Shown one piece after another: positions 1 through 21,886 of a DNA stretch of 64,000 bases (position 1 is its first letter; each line of letters opens with the position of its first letter). The stretch lies in NCBI RefSeq assembly GCF_009914755.1, contig NC_060938.1. One strand, given 5' to 3'. Source of the DNA: the human T2T-CHM13v2.0 reference genome, Homo sapiens. The notes beneath the pieces were generated by a model. It was not told the origin of the DNA. It searched no databases and saw only the letters and a program-made list of their open reading frames with translations. A program made the translations under genes and the position numbers.

Positions 1-1644
1 TGATCTATATTGTTGTACCTCATCTCTAAATTTTAATCCAAAAATATTTATCCAATTAAAATAAATAGCATATATACAACACACTAATGATTGAGCAATT
101 ACTGTAAAATAAATGAAGCATAAACAGAATAATAAGTGCATATTGTAGGATGATGAGTAAAATGATTTCTGTAAGGACTTGGCCAATACCTGATCATGGA
201 GACAAGAGAGGAAGTCAGGAAAAGTAGCATCAAAACTTGGTATAAATGGAAAAATACTAATTGCAAAAGTAAGCTTAATCCATGTTTAACATTACAATTA
301 AGATAGAGTTCAATGAACAGGTAGGCAGACAAGTTGAAGAGAATATAAATATCTGCAAGCAAAACATATAAGTGGCTCATAAACCTTATAATTCCAAGTT
401 ACATTAAGCTGAGGTGGCATAGAGAGTCAGGGACCAGGAAAATAGTCAGGGCCACAGACATAAAGTAATAGACCAGGGAACGTAGAAACCAAGACAGAAA
501 CCACTTCAGACAGGAAATCTATTACATGGCACTCACTGGAGTAATACACATTAAGGACATTTTCTACCTTGGCCTGCCATTGGACTCAATGTGGTGAGCA
601 ACAAAGGAGATAATGTGCAGGCTTATTTGATGTGAATTAGAAATATGATCATATCAAACATTAGTAAGTAAAAATATTTTTAAAGTTTTACTTTCTACAC
701 TAAATTATAAAACTTAAATTTATAAAGAATTATATAATTTTAAAACTGGAAGAGCGAATTTAAACTTTGCTTATCTTATTACCTCATTAACTTCCTGGTT
801 AACAGAAATAGTTAACATCCTATGTGGATATTGTGTAAGTTGCACTATTGATTACATGCTTTAGAATTTCTGAGAGTGATTCAGTGACTCTTTGGCTGTT
901 ATTTCATCATTTATGCTTACTGTAACTTAAAATATGTTCCTATACAACTTAAGTGCCTTTGAGGAGTTATAATACTACTACTACGCTGAAAATGCACCTG
1001 AAAATTAGTAACTTTGGAAAGAGGGTAAATGTAATATGTCTTTGTGAAGAAAGCTAAACAAGCGGGCCTTGTTGTCAGTTAAGGAAAGACCATTCTGAGG
1101 AAGAAGTACTAAAGCAAAAATTGTGCTTCAGTGGTTACAGATTTATAAATGCTTGGAATATAGCTCTCCTGCTTCACCTTTATTCCTATTGGAAAATTCC
1201 TTAGAATTATAGATGTTTTGATTTACTGAAGTTCTTAAGGAATGTATTCTTCCCATAAAATAAAATTGCTATATATAAATGAAGTATTAATATGTTAGAA
1301 TTGGGAAGAAAACCACAAGATGAAATGGAAAAAAACTACAAATTACAAGTTCTGAGAAGGAAGAGTAGGATCTATGAGACAGACTAACAAAGAGGAAAAT
1401 CAAGATTTAGATTGAAGACCCACGTAGGTGTATCTAAGAAAGTGATATTTTTGCTTTGTCTTACTGGATAAGTAAGACTTTGTCAGGTAGAAGCATGGGT
1501 GGAAAGGCATTCCAAACAAATACCTTCAGCAGAAAAAACTTGACACGCTTGAGAATCTGAATGCCTAGCTAAAAGGTGAGGAAGGAGATAGAGAGGTCAG
1601 TGATGCAGGGCTTTATAGACCACAGCAAGTATAGAAGAGGTTTC

Positions 1645-1800
1645 CAGTGCAGACATAAAGACTGTAGGTTCAAATTCTGGCTCTGCTACATGTATTAAAT
1701 TACTTATCTCTGTTTCCATTTGTATCAGTAAAAAAAGGAATATTAATAAGACTTCTCATGCAAGTTGTGACATTTAGTGAGTTAACATATAGCATTTATT
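1645..1800 (+). mobile_element. MIR SINE fragment
   Basis: ggttcaaattctggctctgctac...tctgtttcc...gtaaaa...gttgtga...agtgagttaa, a MIR core. Confidence 0.65.
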
Positions 1801-2139
1801 ATTTTTAAAGACTGTTTTCTGAATGCAAGGACATGCTATTGCAGGTTTTTAAGTGACATTGTCTACTTCCATCTTTTTAAAAAGATCATGTCCATTGCTT
1901 GGGAAAGCCTTGATGGTAATTAACAGGTTTCCAAGGTATTTTGAATGCTAAGCAGCTTTTGAACTTGCGGGTACAATCCAAACATGTCCATCTGAGAGAA
2001 AAATCAAAATCAGGTATAAATTTGCCCCCTAAAAATTAAATGATAGAAGACTAGAAAGTGAGGAGTGATTAGGAAATTAAATCAGGATGCTCATAATTTT
2101 AATAATGGTGAGACTTTTAAAACTTAATCATTGATTCTT

Positions 2140-4355
<2,216 letters not shown>

Positions 4356-4519
4356 TAATATGTAATTGGTTACGGTATACTGGTTACTGCTTTAGGCATG
4401 ATAGGCAAATGCCGAATTCCCAAACGAAGCTGTCTCACTGAGTTTTAAATTAGGCCATATATGTAAAGTTAAAATATAAGGGAATGGAGTAGGCTAAGAT
4501 TTTTTAAACAGTTTACAAA

Positions 4520-5360
4520 AAGCATTGCCATTAAAGAAACAATGATAAATTGAACTTTATTTAAATTGAGAACTTACCTTCATCAAAAGACAGCATTAAG
4601 AGTCAGGCATGGTGGCATATGCCCATAGTCCGAGCTACTCAGCAGGCTGAGGCAGGAGGACTGTTTGAGCCCAGGAGTTCAAGGTCAGCCTGGAAAACAT
4701 AGTGAGAACTTGTCTCAACCAATCAATAATATACACATACATAAGACAATACGAAGAGAATGAAACATCACTGCATCCATATTACAATAACTAAAGTTAA
4801 AAGCATTTGACAGTGCCATTCTGAGGGAGGATATAAAGCAATTGAAACTCATATTTTGCTGATGGGAGTACAAATTGGTACAACTAATTTGGAAGACTAT
4901 TAGCAGCATCTAAATCTAAATCAGCATCTATTATCATTGTACTAAATCTGAAAATAATGCATACCCTTTGGAGAAATTCTACTTTACACATGAATACCTA
5001 GGTCCATCAAAAGACATGTACAGGAATATCCATAGCAACAACTGTGGACAGTTAAATAAGTTACGGCATATGTATATAACAGAATATTTTATAGCAATAA
5101 AAAGCAATGAATTATATGCAACAGCAAGGTGAACTTCACTTACCAATTGTTGAGGAAAATAAGCCAGACAAAAAGTTTAAAAATAGGCAATTTACATTTT
5201 GATAAAGGTTGGATTAGTACTTACCTTTTGGGGAGGGGAAAAAATGGGAGGGAACACTGGGGGGTCTTCTAGATTTCTGCATTTGTTCTGTATTTTGTTC
5301 TTCACATTTTTTCAAGCTGAATACTTTGTATATATGCACTTTGTGTAATTTAAAACGTAA
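4520..5360 (+). mobile_element. Old L1M (ME-like) ORF2 3'/3'UTR fragment interrupted by an Alu monomer
   Basis: Degenerate L1 motifs: gataaattgaactttatttaaattgagaac...catcaaaagac and ctgatgggagtacaaattggtacaac. Confidence 0.65.
4601..4716 (+). mobile_element. Alu monomer (FLAM/AluJ-like)
   Basis: Single Alu arm: ggcatggtggc...gagcccaggagttcaagg...gtctc. Confidence 0.8.
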
Positions 5361-6949
5361 TTAACAATTAAAATATAACTAATGTTTTAAATATAAAGAA
5401 CATAAACAAGTACCTTTTTTAAGGTTTAGCTTTTAGTTTGTTTCTTCTTTTCTTTCTTTCTTTCTTGCATCTTTCATGGAGATAAAGAGGGTGAGCTGAA
5501 GAAAATTGGAACTTGGAACAGACAAGAATGCAGAAAGTGAGAGGACACAGAAAAAATAGTAAAATGGGCAAGAGACAGCCTTTAAGCATATGGGTTGGTA
5601 GAAAAATCTGAGAAGAAATGAAGTAGGGATAGTTAGATTAATAACAATGTGCAAACCATGAAAAAAGGTATTTTTTGCACTCTACAAATGTGGCACTACA
5701 CTCTATTCTAATTTTCTGTGTAGTAACCAGTTGACCAGCGCTTAGTAACAGTCCGTATTCTTAGGGGTTTGAATCCTGAAGTGGTTTCATTTGGTATGCT
5801 GACTGTCCTTGTTTCATATCCATCCTAGTTCTATGGGACGCCTTCTCCAAAATAAGCATACTGTAAAGGCTTATAGATAACTTAAACTAAAAGAGGAAAT
5901 TTATAATTACTTTGAACAGTTTTAAAGAAAGTATCAGGCTAGATATTAGGACAATGCCAAAGTTCACTAACTAGCTTTTTGCAGGTTTAATAATGATATT
6001 GCTTTCCTTCCCATTATCAATCTATATTATATAGTTAAGTTGTTTTACTTCAAATGTCTCCAATCGACATTTCCTTTGTATGCATATACTGAAATGATAT
6101 TTAATAAAAAAGAACATCTCCTGTGTGGAGTTTAAATTTCTCTTATTAAATATTTATATTTTCAAAATGTCTTTATTTAATTGAGTGAGGTGCTTGGTGC
6201 CATTTCAAAATAACCTCAGGTGGTAGGTGTAATGACATATCAAAGATTTGACCTTTAGCATTTTAGGATTCTATTTGTCTGCATTTTCTTCTGCATTCAT
6301 TTAGTCTTAATTTATATGCTATTTCTCTGTATGACTTAATGAGTAGATGTATTCGTTAAGAGATTCATTAGCCAAAAAAAAATATACACATGTATATATG
6401 AATACATTTTATTTCTGTGCAATCTGACTAGTGATTTTAAATTCATTTATATCTCAACTGTGACAAGTAGAAAATCAAGTAGAAAATGCTATGTAGAAGG
6501 CTGGTCAGTGTTTGCATAAACCTCATCCATTCTCATTAAGTGCTTGGCAGAATAGACCCTCGATCTCCTAAACCAATGCCCATTCTCTTCTCACTTCTTT
6601 CAGCTTATTACATTCTTTTATTTGCCTAGAGATACTTTATTTTCCAGTTCTCTGCTATTCCTTTTAAAGAAAATTGAATGTAATATTTACACTGATATAA
6701 TTAAATTAACATCTTGCAGCATCTTTTTGTATGCTTTGGTAGCATAATCATTTGTCTGGGTAGCTTTCAGCCTAGAAGCAGAGAAATTATCAATTATAAT
6801 GTTGTGACATAAAAATTATTTTCATTTGCTCATTTAAGTATTTATTGATTTTTAGAACTAGAGATTCTAAATGGAGGTTTTTGTTAAATAGATCATAGAT
6901 CACTCAGTTTACATTACTTATCTTTAAATTTTTTTTAATATTTTCTCAG

Positions 6950-7180
6950 TTTACACAAATCTTTATCTCAAGAAGAAAATCTGAAGGATCAGTTTAACTA
7001 TACCCTTAGTACATATGAAGAAGCTTTAAAAAACAGAGAGAACATTGTTTCCATCACTCAACAACAAAATGAGGAACTGGCTACTCAACTGCAACAAGCT
7101 CTGACAGAGCGAGCAAATATGGAATTACAACTTCAACATGCCAGAGAGGCCTCCCAAGTGGCCAATGAAAAAGTTCAAAA
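6950..7180 (+). CDS. MIPOL1: MIPOL1 penultimate coding exon (231 nt, phase 2/2), coiled coil (S)LHKSLSQEENLKDQFNYTLSTYEEALKNRENIVSITQQQNEELATQLQQALTERANMELQLQHAREASQVANEKVQ(K)
   Basis: Polypyrimidine tract + ttctcag acceptor (AG 6948-6949) and AA|gtaagt donor (7181). The reading frame is open and joins in frame to the exon at 53965. The peptide matches my recollection of the MIPOL1 C-terminus. It is not in the supplied ORF track. Confidence 0.93.
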
Positions 7181-8662
7181 GTAAGTTAAATGATCTTGTA
7201 ATAATACTTCAAACACATGAAACAAAACAAAACACTTTCTTTTGGGAACTAAACAATATGTAGTTATTGATCATGTTAATAGTTTAGAACAAAAGTAGAA
7301 TTAACCCAGTGAACTTTTTTAGATTGGATACCATATGCCATATTTGGGGTCAAAAAAGTCATTTTCTTGGGAACCATTGTTACCCTGTAGGGCAAACCAT
7401 TTTTATTTAATAACTGATCATCAGTTCATGGAGGCCATACTATTTAAATCATTTCACAGTCACAAGTTAATAGGCAAAGTTATTAGCAAGGGGAAGAGGC
7501 AGTCAAGTTACCACCTGAACTAATTTAGCTTTACAATAATCCTGCTTGAGTTGAGATCATCTGTGACATTGCAACCTGAGACTTGTAGGTGCATAAAAAC
7601 CAGTAGGGTGAAATTAATTTTCTTGTGTTGTTCTTCTGAAGTATTCAATACTGCTTTTCACAGTGCATAATTATATATGTTTATTTTGAATGATCTTTGC
7701 ATTTTTATTAAAATTTAAATAAAGCTGCATAATCTGTCAGTCCTTTTGACAGCTAGCAAAATGTTAACAAACAGCTTACCAGGCAAAGAAGTCACTTGTT
7801 AATTTAATGGACTTGAACATTGTAGCAGAATTTTCTGAGACACCTTTAATGTAATAGAACCACTGTAATAGAATACATAGAACACATGTAATAGAATATA
7901 TTTTAACCTTCTTTATGTATTGTTAACAGCACTACAGCATTCACATATCTAGTCACCTTCAATTTCAAAGATATACCTTTTTCCTTAACAATTTTTATGT
8001 CAGTTTTACACTGTGAAGCAGTGCTCACATCAAGGTTTCTTACTTCCCACTACTTCTTATTTGAAAATGTCATCTTGACCATTTCCTCAATATCCCTGAA
8101 GTTATATTTTGATTAATAGCCAAAGTTATGTAAGTCAGTAGTTTTAAATTAGACCATTTTAAAACAGTTTAGAAATTGTGCATTTTAATCTTTACTAGCC
8201 ATGTACCTTGAAACTTTTGATTTATGTAGGTATTATATATATTTGTAAGTTTAAAGATGGGGTTTATATTCAGTCAGAAACTATATGCAGTTATTCACAA
8301 TGTACGTTAATATTCTAAGAACACTATGATGTATAGGTAGATCTCATTTCATTATAAATCACAATCAGTAACTTTTGACAGGATCTGATTTGGCTCTGTT
8401 TGCTTAAAGTCTACAAATACATACAAATTTCAAATTTTTCTTTATATATAATCCATTAATTTCTATACATGACCAAAATTCCCTAAAACAGTGGTTCCCA
8501 CAGACCAATTCTATTTTCAAAAAATCTTTGGATGTGTTATCAACCTTTTATTTTTTAGATCTCATCAACTATCATCATCATTTCATTTAAAAAAACAATT
8601 TTTATACACCAAGAAGTAGAAATAATATCATCTCAGATAATGTTTTAAATTAAATAACTTTA

Positions 8663-14814
<6,152 letters not shown>

Positions 14815-15379
14815 AAATAACTTTAACTCTGAAAAATTCACTGTCTCTTCCTTAGTTTTTGCATTTAACCATAGACAGATGAAAACTTTTTTATGGAATG
14901 GCACTAATCCATGGATCAGAGTTTAAGCACAACTATGTCATTAAAAGAATTAAATGTTAAATCCCTTTTTCTTCTGATTTCCAACAGTAAGAGCTAGATG
15001 AAGTATTATCGGGTTTTCCTTTTCATATTTGATCCACTGTATTTCATATTTAATTGCCATCAATTTGGCAAAATGTATCTTCATGAGGCTATTAGCCTAT
15101 TTTATTGAGTTTAAGAGAAATGTTATCCTCTTAAAGGAAACCAACTTATAAGACTTCGTAAGATGGTATTCATAGTCTCCTTAAAAATCTGAAATCATTA
15201 TTATTAGCAAATGTTTTAGAAAGTTCTTTGAAAATATGTCAGTATTCCAGGGAATTTAAAATTTAAACTAAAGGAATTTCTTCACAATCAAATTTTTCTT
15301 CACAACGAAATTTCTTAAATAACTGTCCCCTTTTCCCTTCACAATCAAATTTCTTGAATAACTGATCTATATTCACCAT

Positions 15380-16340
15380 CTCTAATTTTTCAATTCCCAT
15401 TTACTCCTCTGCTACTCAGTACAGTATGGCTAGTTTGTATACTGAAATTGTTCTTCTTAAGATCACCAGTAATTTTCTAACTACTAAATTCAATGGCTCA
15501 TTTTAAACGATATTTTTATTGTACAATGAACATATGTTTATGGTGAAAATAAATAAAGACCTTCATGTATCTTCAGCAATATAGCATAATGGTTTAAAAT
15601 CTCAAGCTTTGAATTCAGAATGTATAGGTATGTGAACCTGGATATAAAACACTATGCTAATGTGGACAATAATGCTTCTATCTCATAACGTTGCCATGAT
15701 AATTTGATGAGCTAATACATGTAATGCTTTTAGAAGAATATGTGTTACGTAATTCCTCCTTCTCTTGGCATTTCACTCCACACTGTACTATCTCATTCCT
15801 CAGAAGGTCTCTGCCTTTTCAGGACTAAATGCCTTTGTGTATATTGGTTCCTCTGCTCACGTAATATTATTTTAGGATTTTTTTTAAGGTTAGCAAGCAT
15901 CCAATCACAAATGCAGTCAACTTTTAGAATATTTATCCTACTTGAACTCTCATCATTTAGTACTGTTCATCATTCCTTCCTGAAGCCTTTTGTTTTCTTA
16001 GATTCTGTAGCACCATTTTTTTCTACCTTTATGACTTCCCTGACTGTTCCTACTCCATTTCTTTCGGGGATTACATCTCCCAGCTATCCGAACATAATGG
16101 TTGCTTAAAGATTTTATTTTTCTTGTACCTCTACACAATTCCCGGGAATGTCATCTATTTCCTTAAGCTTCAACTACTACTTATTAGCCAAATAACTTCC
16201 AAATACTTATCTTAGTACTCACCTGTCCCCTGAGATCCAGTCTCATGTTTCCAAAACTCTTTACTCTTCACTCCTCACTCCCCTGAAAGTAAAGTCCTGC
16301 CCATTCTCCTGTATTTCCTGCCTCCTCTGACAATTCTGAG
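15380..16340 (+). mobile_element. L2 fragments with a nested MIR (about 15580-15745)
   Basis: Pyrimidine-rich L2 ORF2-type sequence (aagatcaccagtaat..., catcatttagtactgttcatcattccttcctgaa, tccagtctcatgtttccaa). Boundaries approximate. Confidence 0.55.
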
Positions 16341-16435
16341 AGTTTTATATATATATTATATGTATGCATGTGTATATATATCTATATACACACATACACA
16401 CACACACAGACTCAAAGAGTGGTATGTATATATCA

Positions 16436-16623
16436 CTCTTTGAAGTGTCAGGGGAGTCACCATAGTGTCACACAGGGTTCTTAGCATAGAGCAAACATAC
16501 TTCCCCCAAACTCAGCTGCTTAATCTGTTTGCAGGATGAATTATAGAACAGGATAGATGACTCTGGGTGCTGGCAAGAGGAACAGAGCACGTTTCTACAG
16601 TTTCTCAATTTTAGAAAAAGCCT
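16436..16623 (+). repeat. Direct local duplicate of 19358-19549
   Basis: About 190 bp alignable by eye (gaagtgtca..ggagtcaccatagtgtcacac..gggttcttagcatagagcaaacatacttcc...). Confidence 0.95.
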
Positions 16624-16915
16624 ATATATATGTACATATATAGTACAGATACATATATACATACACATTATAGTTTATATATGTATATACACATATATTG
16701 TTTATATATGTGCATGTACATATGTATATATACTTATAGGTGATATATATGTATCATGTTTATGTACGTTTATACACATGTGTATCACATGCACATGTGA
16801 TACACATACATGTATGTTTGTGTGTATATACATGTATGTATATCTATCTACTTATGTATAAGCTATATATGTATGTGTATATACATATGTAAACTATGTA
16901 TATGTACATATATGT

Positions 16916-17009
16916 AGGCATTTTTTAAATTAAGAAACTGTAGAAATGCTCTGTTCCTCTTCCCAGCACCCACAGTCATTGATCATGTTTTATAATTCAA
17001 CCTGAAAAC
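16916..17009 (-). repeat. Inverted local duplicate of about 19450-19549 (and of 16527-16623)
   Basis: Reverse complement reads aggttgaattataaaaca..atgactgtgggtgctgggaagaggaacagagcatttcta. Confidence 0.93.
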
Positions 17010-17286
17010 TATATATATATATGCATACATACGTAGTTTATAGACACACATAGTTTATATATGTATATATACACGTAGTCTATATGGTCTATTCATCTTT
17101 GTATAGTCTGTATACATATAGACTATATGTATGTGTAAATACATATATGAACCATACATATGTCTATATTATATATAAAGCTTATATATACACACATCTA
17201 TAAACTACATGTATATAGACATAGACTGTATATATGTATGGTTTATATATATACACATACATATACGTGTGTGTGTATATATATAG

Positions 17287-17584
17287 TTTTGTTTTGGTTT
17301 TGGGGGTTTTTATGAGACAGGGTCTTGCTCTGTTGCCCAGACTGGAGTACAGTGGCACAATCATGGCTCACTGCAGCCTCAGCCTCCCCAGGAGCTGGGA
17401 CTACAGGCATGCGTCACCACACCTGGCCAATATTTTTGGTGTTTTTTTTGTTTTGTTTTGTTTTTGGTAGAGATGAGGTTTTATCATGTTGCCAAGGCTG
17501 ATCGCAAACTCCTGGGCTGGAGCAATCTGCCCGCCTCAGCCTCCCAAAGTACTGGGATTACAGGTGTGAGACACTGCACCAGGC
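17287..17584 (-). mobile_element. AluJ
   Basis: Dimeric Alu with J-type diagnostics (cagggtcttgctctg, actcctgggct). Confidence 0.9.
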
Positions 17585-19212
17585 ATAGGTGGTATTTTTT
17601 TAATATCTATTTTCTACCTACTGCACTCTCTTCCAGATTTCCTAAGACATTGACTGTGTTCTATTCATCTTTGTTTCCCCATCTCTTCTAAAAACTCATG
17701 CAGATACCTGCTGTAAAGTAAGTACTCTGTAAATTGATGAACAAATCAACTATAACAATTTAGTAGTTTCAGAGAATAACAGATTAAAGTAAAAGCAGGT
17801 CAAGTTAGAGATACACAGGAAAATTTCAGATATACTCCCCTCTGCTTTAGGCCCATGACAAATACTTTTTCTTCCAACCCAGAGCCCAGAGTTTACTAGT
17901 TTCATAGAAAAGCATGACTTCTATGGCTGTTCCTTCCCTCCCTCCCCTCACTGCCACCACCACACCTTTCACTCTCCGAGGAGCTGGCAGTGCTTACTTC
18001 CTGTTGATCAGATTTTAACCACGCACTTCCATCAAATTTAATTACATTTAGAAGACCTGAAATCTTTGGTAATAGTAGAGACTATCTACTATTGCTATTC
18101 ATAGAATTATAAATTTATTTTCTTCCAGAGTCATAAAAATTTTTAATATTTTCTGAAATATTTCAGCCTATGGGAGTATTCCTAGAAAGACAAGTTGTAC
18201 AGGATTACCATCCATAAACTAGCCAGTATAGGCATATCATCACTTATAGGGAAAAAGTCAGTGCATGCCATACCTCATCACCAAAAAATATCTTCTTGGC
18301 CCACCTGTCATAAAGCCTAATCTTTTATCAGTGGAAATTCATTCTCTTTTCTTTATGTACTTTTATTGGAAAATGTGTAGTTTGTGGATGAATAGCCCAT
18401 TGTGATTTAGCTTTTAGATTGCTGGTACTGAATGTGCTTGGTTTTGGACAGAGTGGTTATGTCGAAGTAAAGGGAACTAAAGAGCAGCTAAGAGCACAGG
18501 AACTTGGTAGGAAAAACTTCTCTTAATAGTTTTGTCAAAGACTATCCCTAATCCCCATTTATTAAAGAGAAAACTGACACATCAATCCATTAAGAGATGT
18601 TTTTATTATTCATGAGAGATTTAAAACTTTGTGATTCTTTATGCTATAGTTTCGTTTCCATCTACAAGTATGCTTGCTTCTTGTGGCCTGGAACAAGTTC
18701 CAAAGGACTTTTAAAAATACATTTTGCTATACTTAGCATACCTAAGCTCCACATAGTTTCTTAAAGTAAAAGTAATTACAACCAGGCTTATAAGGTTAGA
18801 ACTCTTAAAGATCTGGGTTTTACACTGAAATAACTTTTGTCATATGTCATTTTTACTGTGGGCCAGATTTACAGTGATATGATTCAAATTCCCTCATAAA
18901 CTATATGAAGAGTTATATACTGTAACTATATAATGAATAGATGAGACAAAGAGATATAGAAAAATTGTAAACTTTTAAACAGATTTGTAAGAAAAGATGT
19001 ATCAACTCAAGAACTTTCATGCTTTCCATAATTTTCTAAAAAGAAAAAATCCATTATTTAAAATTTACAGGAGTTCTGCTCATCTTAAATTTTTATAACT
19101 TAATTATAACATCAAAGATCAGGTTAAAACATTTCAATTGATAGGTTTTGTGAAGTTGTAGATTGTCTTTTGAAATATAGGGCACCCTATATCTTTTGAG
19201 CACTATTGACCA

Positions 19213-19234
19213 AACACACACACACACACACACA
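19213..19234. repeat. (AC)n microsatellite
   Basis: About 11 AC units. Confidence 0.9.
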
Positions 19235-21626
19235 GCTGTTTAAAGTCTTTTCTGCTATTTGACCAAATACTGATTTCTGTAAAGAAATTGGTGTTACAAA
19301 GAAATTGTGAATTCTCAGCCTGGTTTTCCTGCTGACGAGTAAGAACCGTCTGTAGTTCTCTTCGAAGTGTCAAGGGAGTCACCATAGTGTCACACAAGGG
19401 TTCTTAGCATAGAGCAAACATACTTCCCACAAACTCAGCTGCTTAATCTGTTTGTAGGTTGAATTATAAAACAGGATAGATGACTGTGGGTGCTGGGAAG
19501 AGGAACAGAGCATTTCTAAAGTTTCTCAGTTGAAAAAAAAAAAAAGCCTGCTATTTTCATCAATACATTTTACTAGATTTTTTACTTTTGTTGCTGGCTC
19601 CAGAATCCGATTTTATCCATAATGAAAAATAATTATGCTAAAAAATGAAAGGCCTCAGTGAATTTTTTTTTATAATTTCATTGTCTTTTCATTAAAATTA
19701 TTCTAGTTCTTGTCAACTTTACCTGTGATATTTTTCCTATAAATTTTTTGTTGGACTGTAAGTGTCAAGGCAAAATTAGACATATCCAAACAATATAAGT
19801 ACTTGTTGATTGAATCAAAGAATAAGTTTCATAATTCCTTAACTCAGCAGAAGGTATAAATCAATATTTTATATAATGTTGAAAGTTAACTTTGATTTAT
19901 TAGTACTATTAATAAGTGGGAGGAGACCTAAAACTTCTAGAAATTGCTCCTTAAAATATTTTCTTGTATTTGAAATTTAAAAGCTGTGAAATATATGTAC
20001 TTCAGCAAGTAATAAGTCGAATAGTTATTTGTAATAGTTTATCAACAAATGCCCTCCCTAATTAGCTTTGGAAGGCACCTTCTAAATCTAATTAGAGATA
20101 GCTTTATTATCATCTATATATGGAAGATGGACTCAGATGGCTCCTAAACAGTCATCATAAGATATACAACATCTAAACATGCTTAATTTTTATTCTTTGA
20201 CATGTGATATGCTTTTAAAGAATTTAATATTCTGAATTTGTGAATCATAAAAGTTAAAATTATCTGATTACATATTTAACTTGTGAAATATGTCATCTCA
20301 TACTCTGTTAAACAAGCATTTCATTAAAATTATCACCAATTGCATTATATGCTTGTAGAGTGGATCACCTTTCCCATCCATCTATATATAAAGTAGGTTT
20401 CTTTAGAGCTGATTTTATTATACACATAGATATACCTACAATGTTTGACAAGTACATAATTATATTCATTTATTTATAAAAACTAAAGAATTTGGGCTTA
20501 TATCTTAACTATGGGGAATGTCTCATGTTGGTATGAAGAAGAAACATAGTTTTAATTATCTGGCTAACTCCTTTGTGCCAGGGAAGGATTAATGTAGGAT
20601 TGTTAGGATTGGCGCCTAACCCAGAATATAAGAATTCCAATGGAGTGCAAAGTGAAGGATCCAGGCTAAAGAAGAAAAAGGGCTCTTTAAACCTAGACTC
20701 TGTATTTTCCCTAATAAGATAGATCCTTTTTGTAACTAACCTTATGGAATGAATGAAAATGAGCATAAAAGTAGGAATCAAAATTTTAGATTACAACATG
20801 GCTTTTTGCATTTAATGTACTTCTTCATTTCAGAGGCTGTCTTCCAGTGATTAGAACTAGAGTTGAGCTACTATATGTTTCTGCATACTCAGATAGATAA
20901 AACATGTTTCAGATGAACACAATAGAGAGGAATGGAAGAAAAAGAACAAAAGACTAAATATGAGATACCATACTGTTTCAGTTTAAATACAAGAGTTTTG
21001 GCTTTTGGTTTTTATTAATGCCAGTACTACAGTGATTTTAAAAGTAAAAGACCAGAATTTTTATTATTTTAGGGAAATTACAGAATCCACTTACGATGAT
21101 CATGTACATTTTAACTAAAATTTGATAGGGAAAAATACCACATTTTTTATACCTTAGATTCACATACATGTGATTTTCACATATCTATTTTATATGAAAT
21201 ATAAGTTCCTTAGAGGGATATATGATCTAACAGGTACGCTTTTCCCTTCTTTTGTTCTTAGCTGCAGTCAAAAGCTTTCTAATTTTTTATCACTTGACAG
21301 GCTACATAGCTCCTGGGTACTTCTGTGAAGTTAGGAGTACTCAACTACCTTACCTGAGATTCATTGAAGAATTGATAAAAATAAGATGTATAAAGTGATT
21401 TGAATTCCCTAGGAAAAGGTTACTAAATGACACTAATTGTTAGTGTACTTTAAAATATGTTTATAGTAAAGGTGAAAAGGAAGGTGTAGAAGTTAGATTT
21501 TTAGAAGTTTTGGTCATTCCTGCAAAAACATTGCTCAATCTCATTAGACTTGATGTAACATATCGTTTAACTTGATACTTTATATAACTCACTCAAAACT
21601 TTCCCCTTTGTTGTCTCTATTATTAA

Positions 21627-21886
<260 letters not shown>

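Larger units (their letters stand above)
16345..17283. repeat. Degenerate (TA/TG/CA)n low-complexity tract containing captured unique-sequence blocks
   Basis: Alternating purine-pyrimidine runs with embedded blocks at 16436-16623, 16916-17009 and 17088-17102. Confidence 0.9.

Noticed and set aside
15276-15364. Three copies of cttcacaa..aaattt, and similar micro-repeats at about 6464, 7850, 26713, 27480, 31546, 57040 and 59405
   Set aside because: Ordinary slippage micro-duplications in AT-rich DNA with no higher-order structure.
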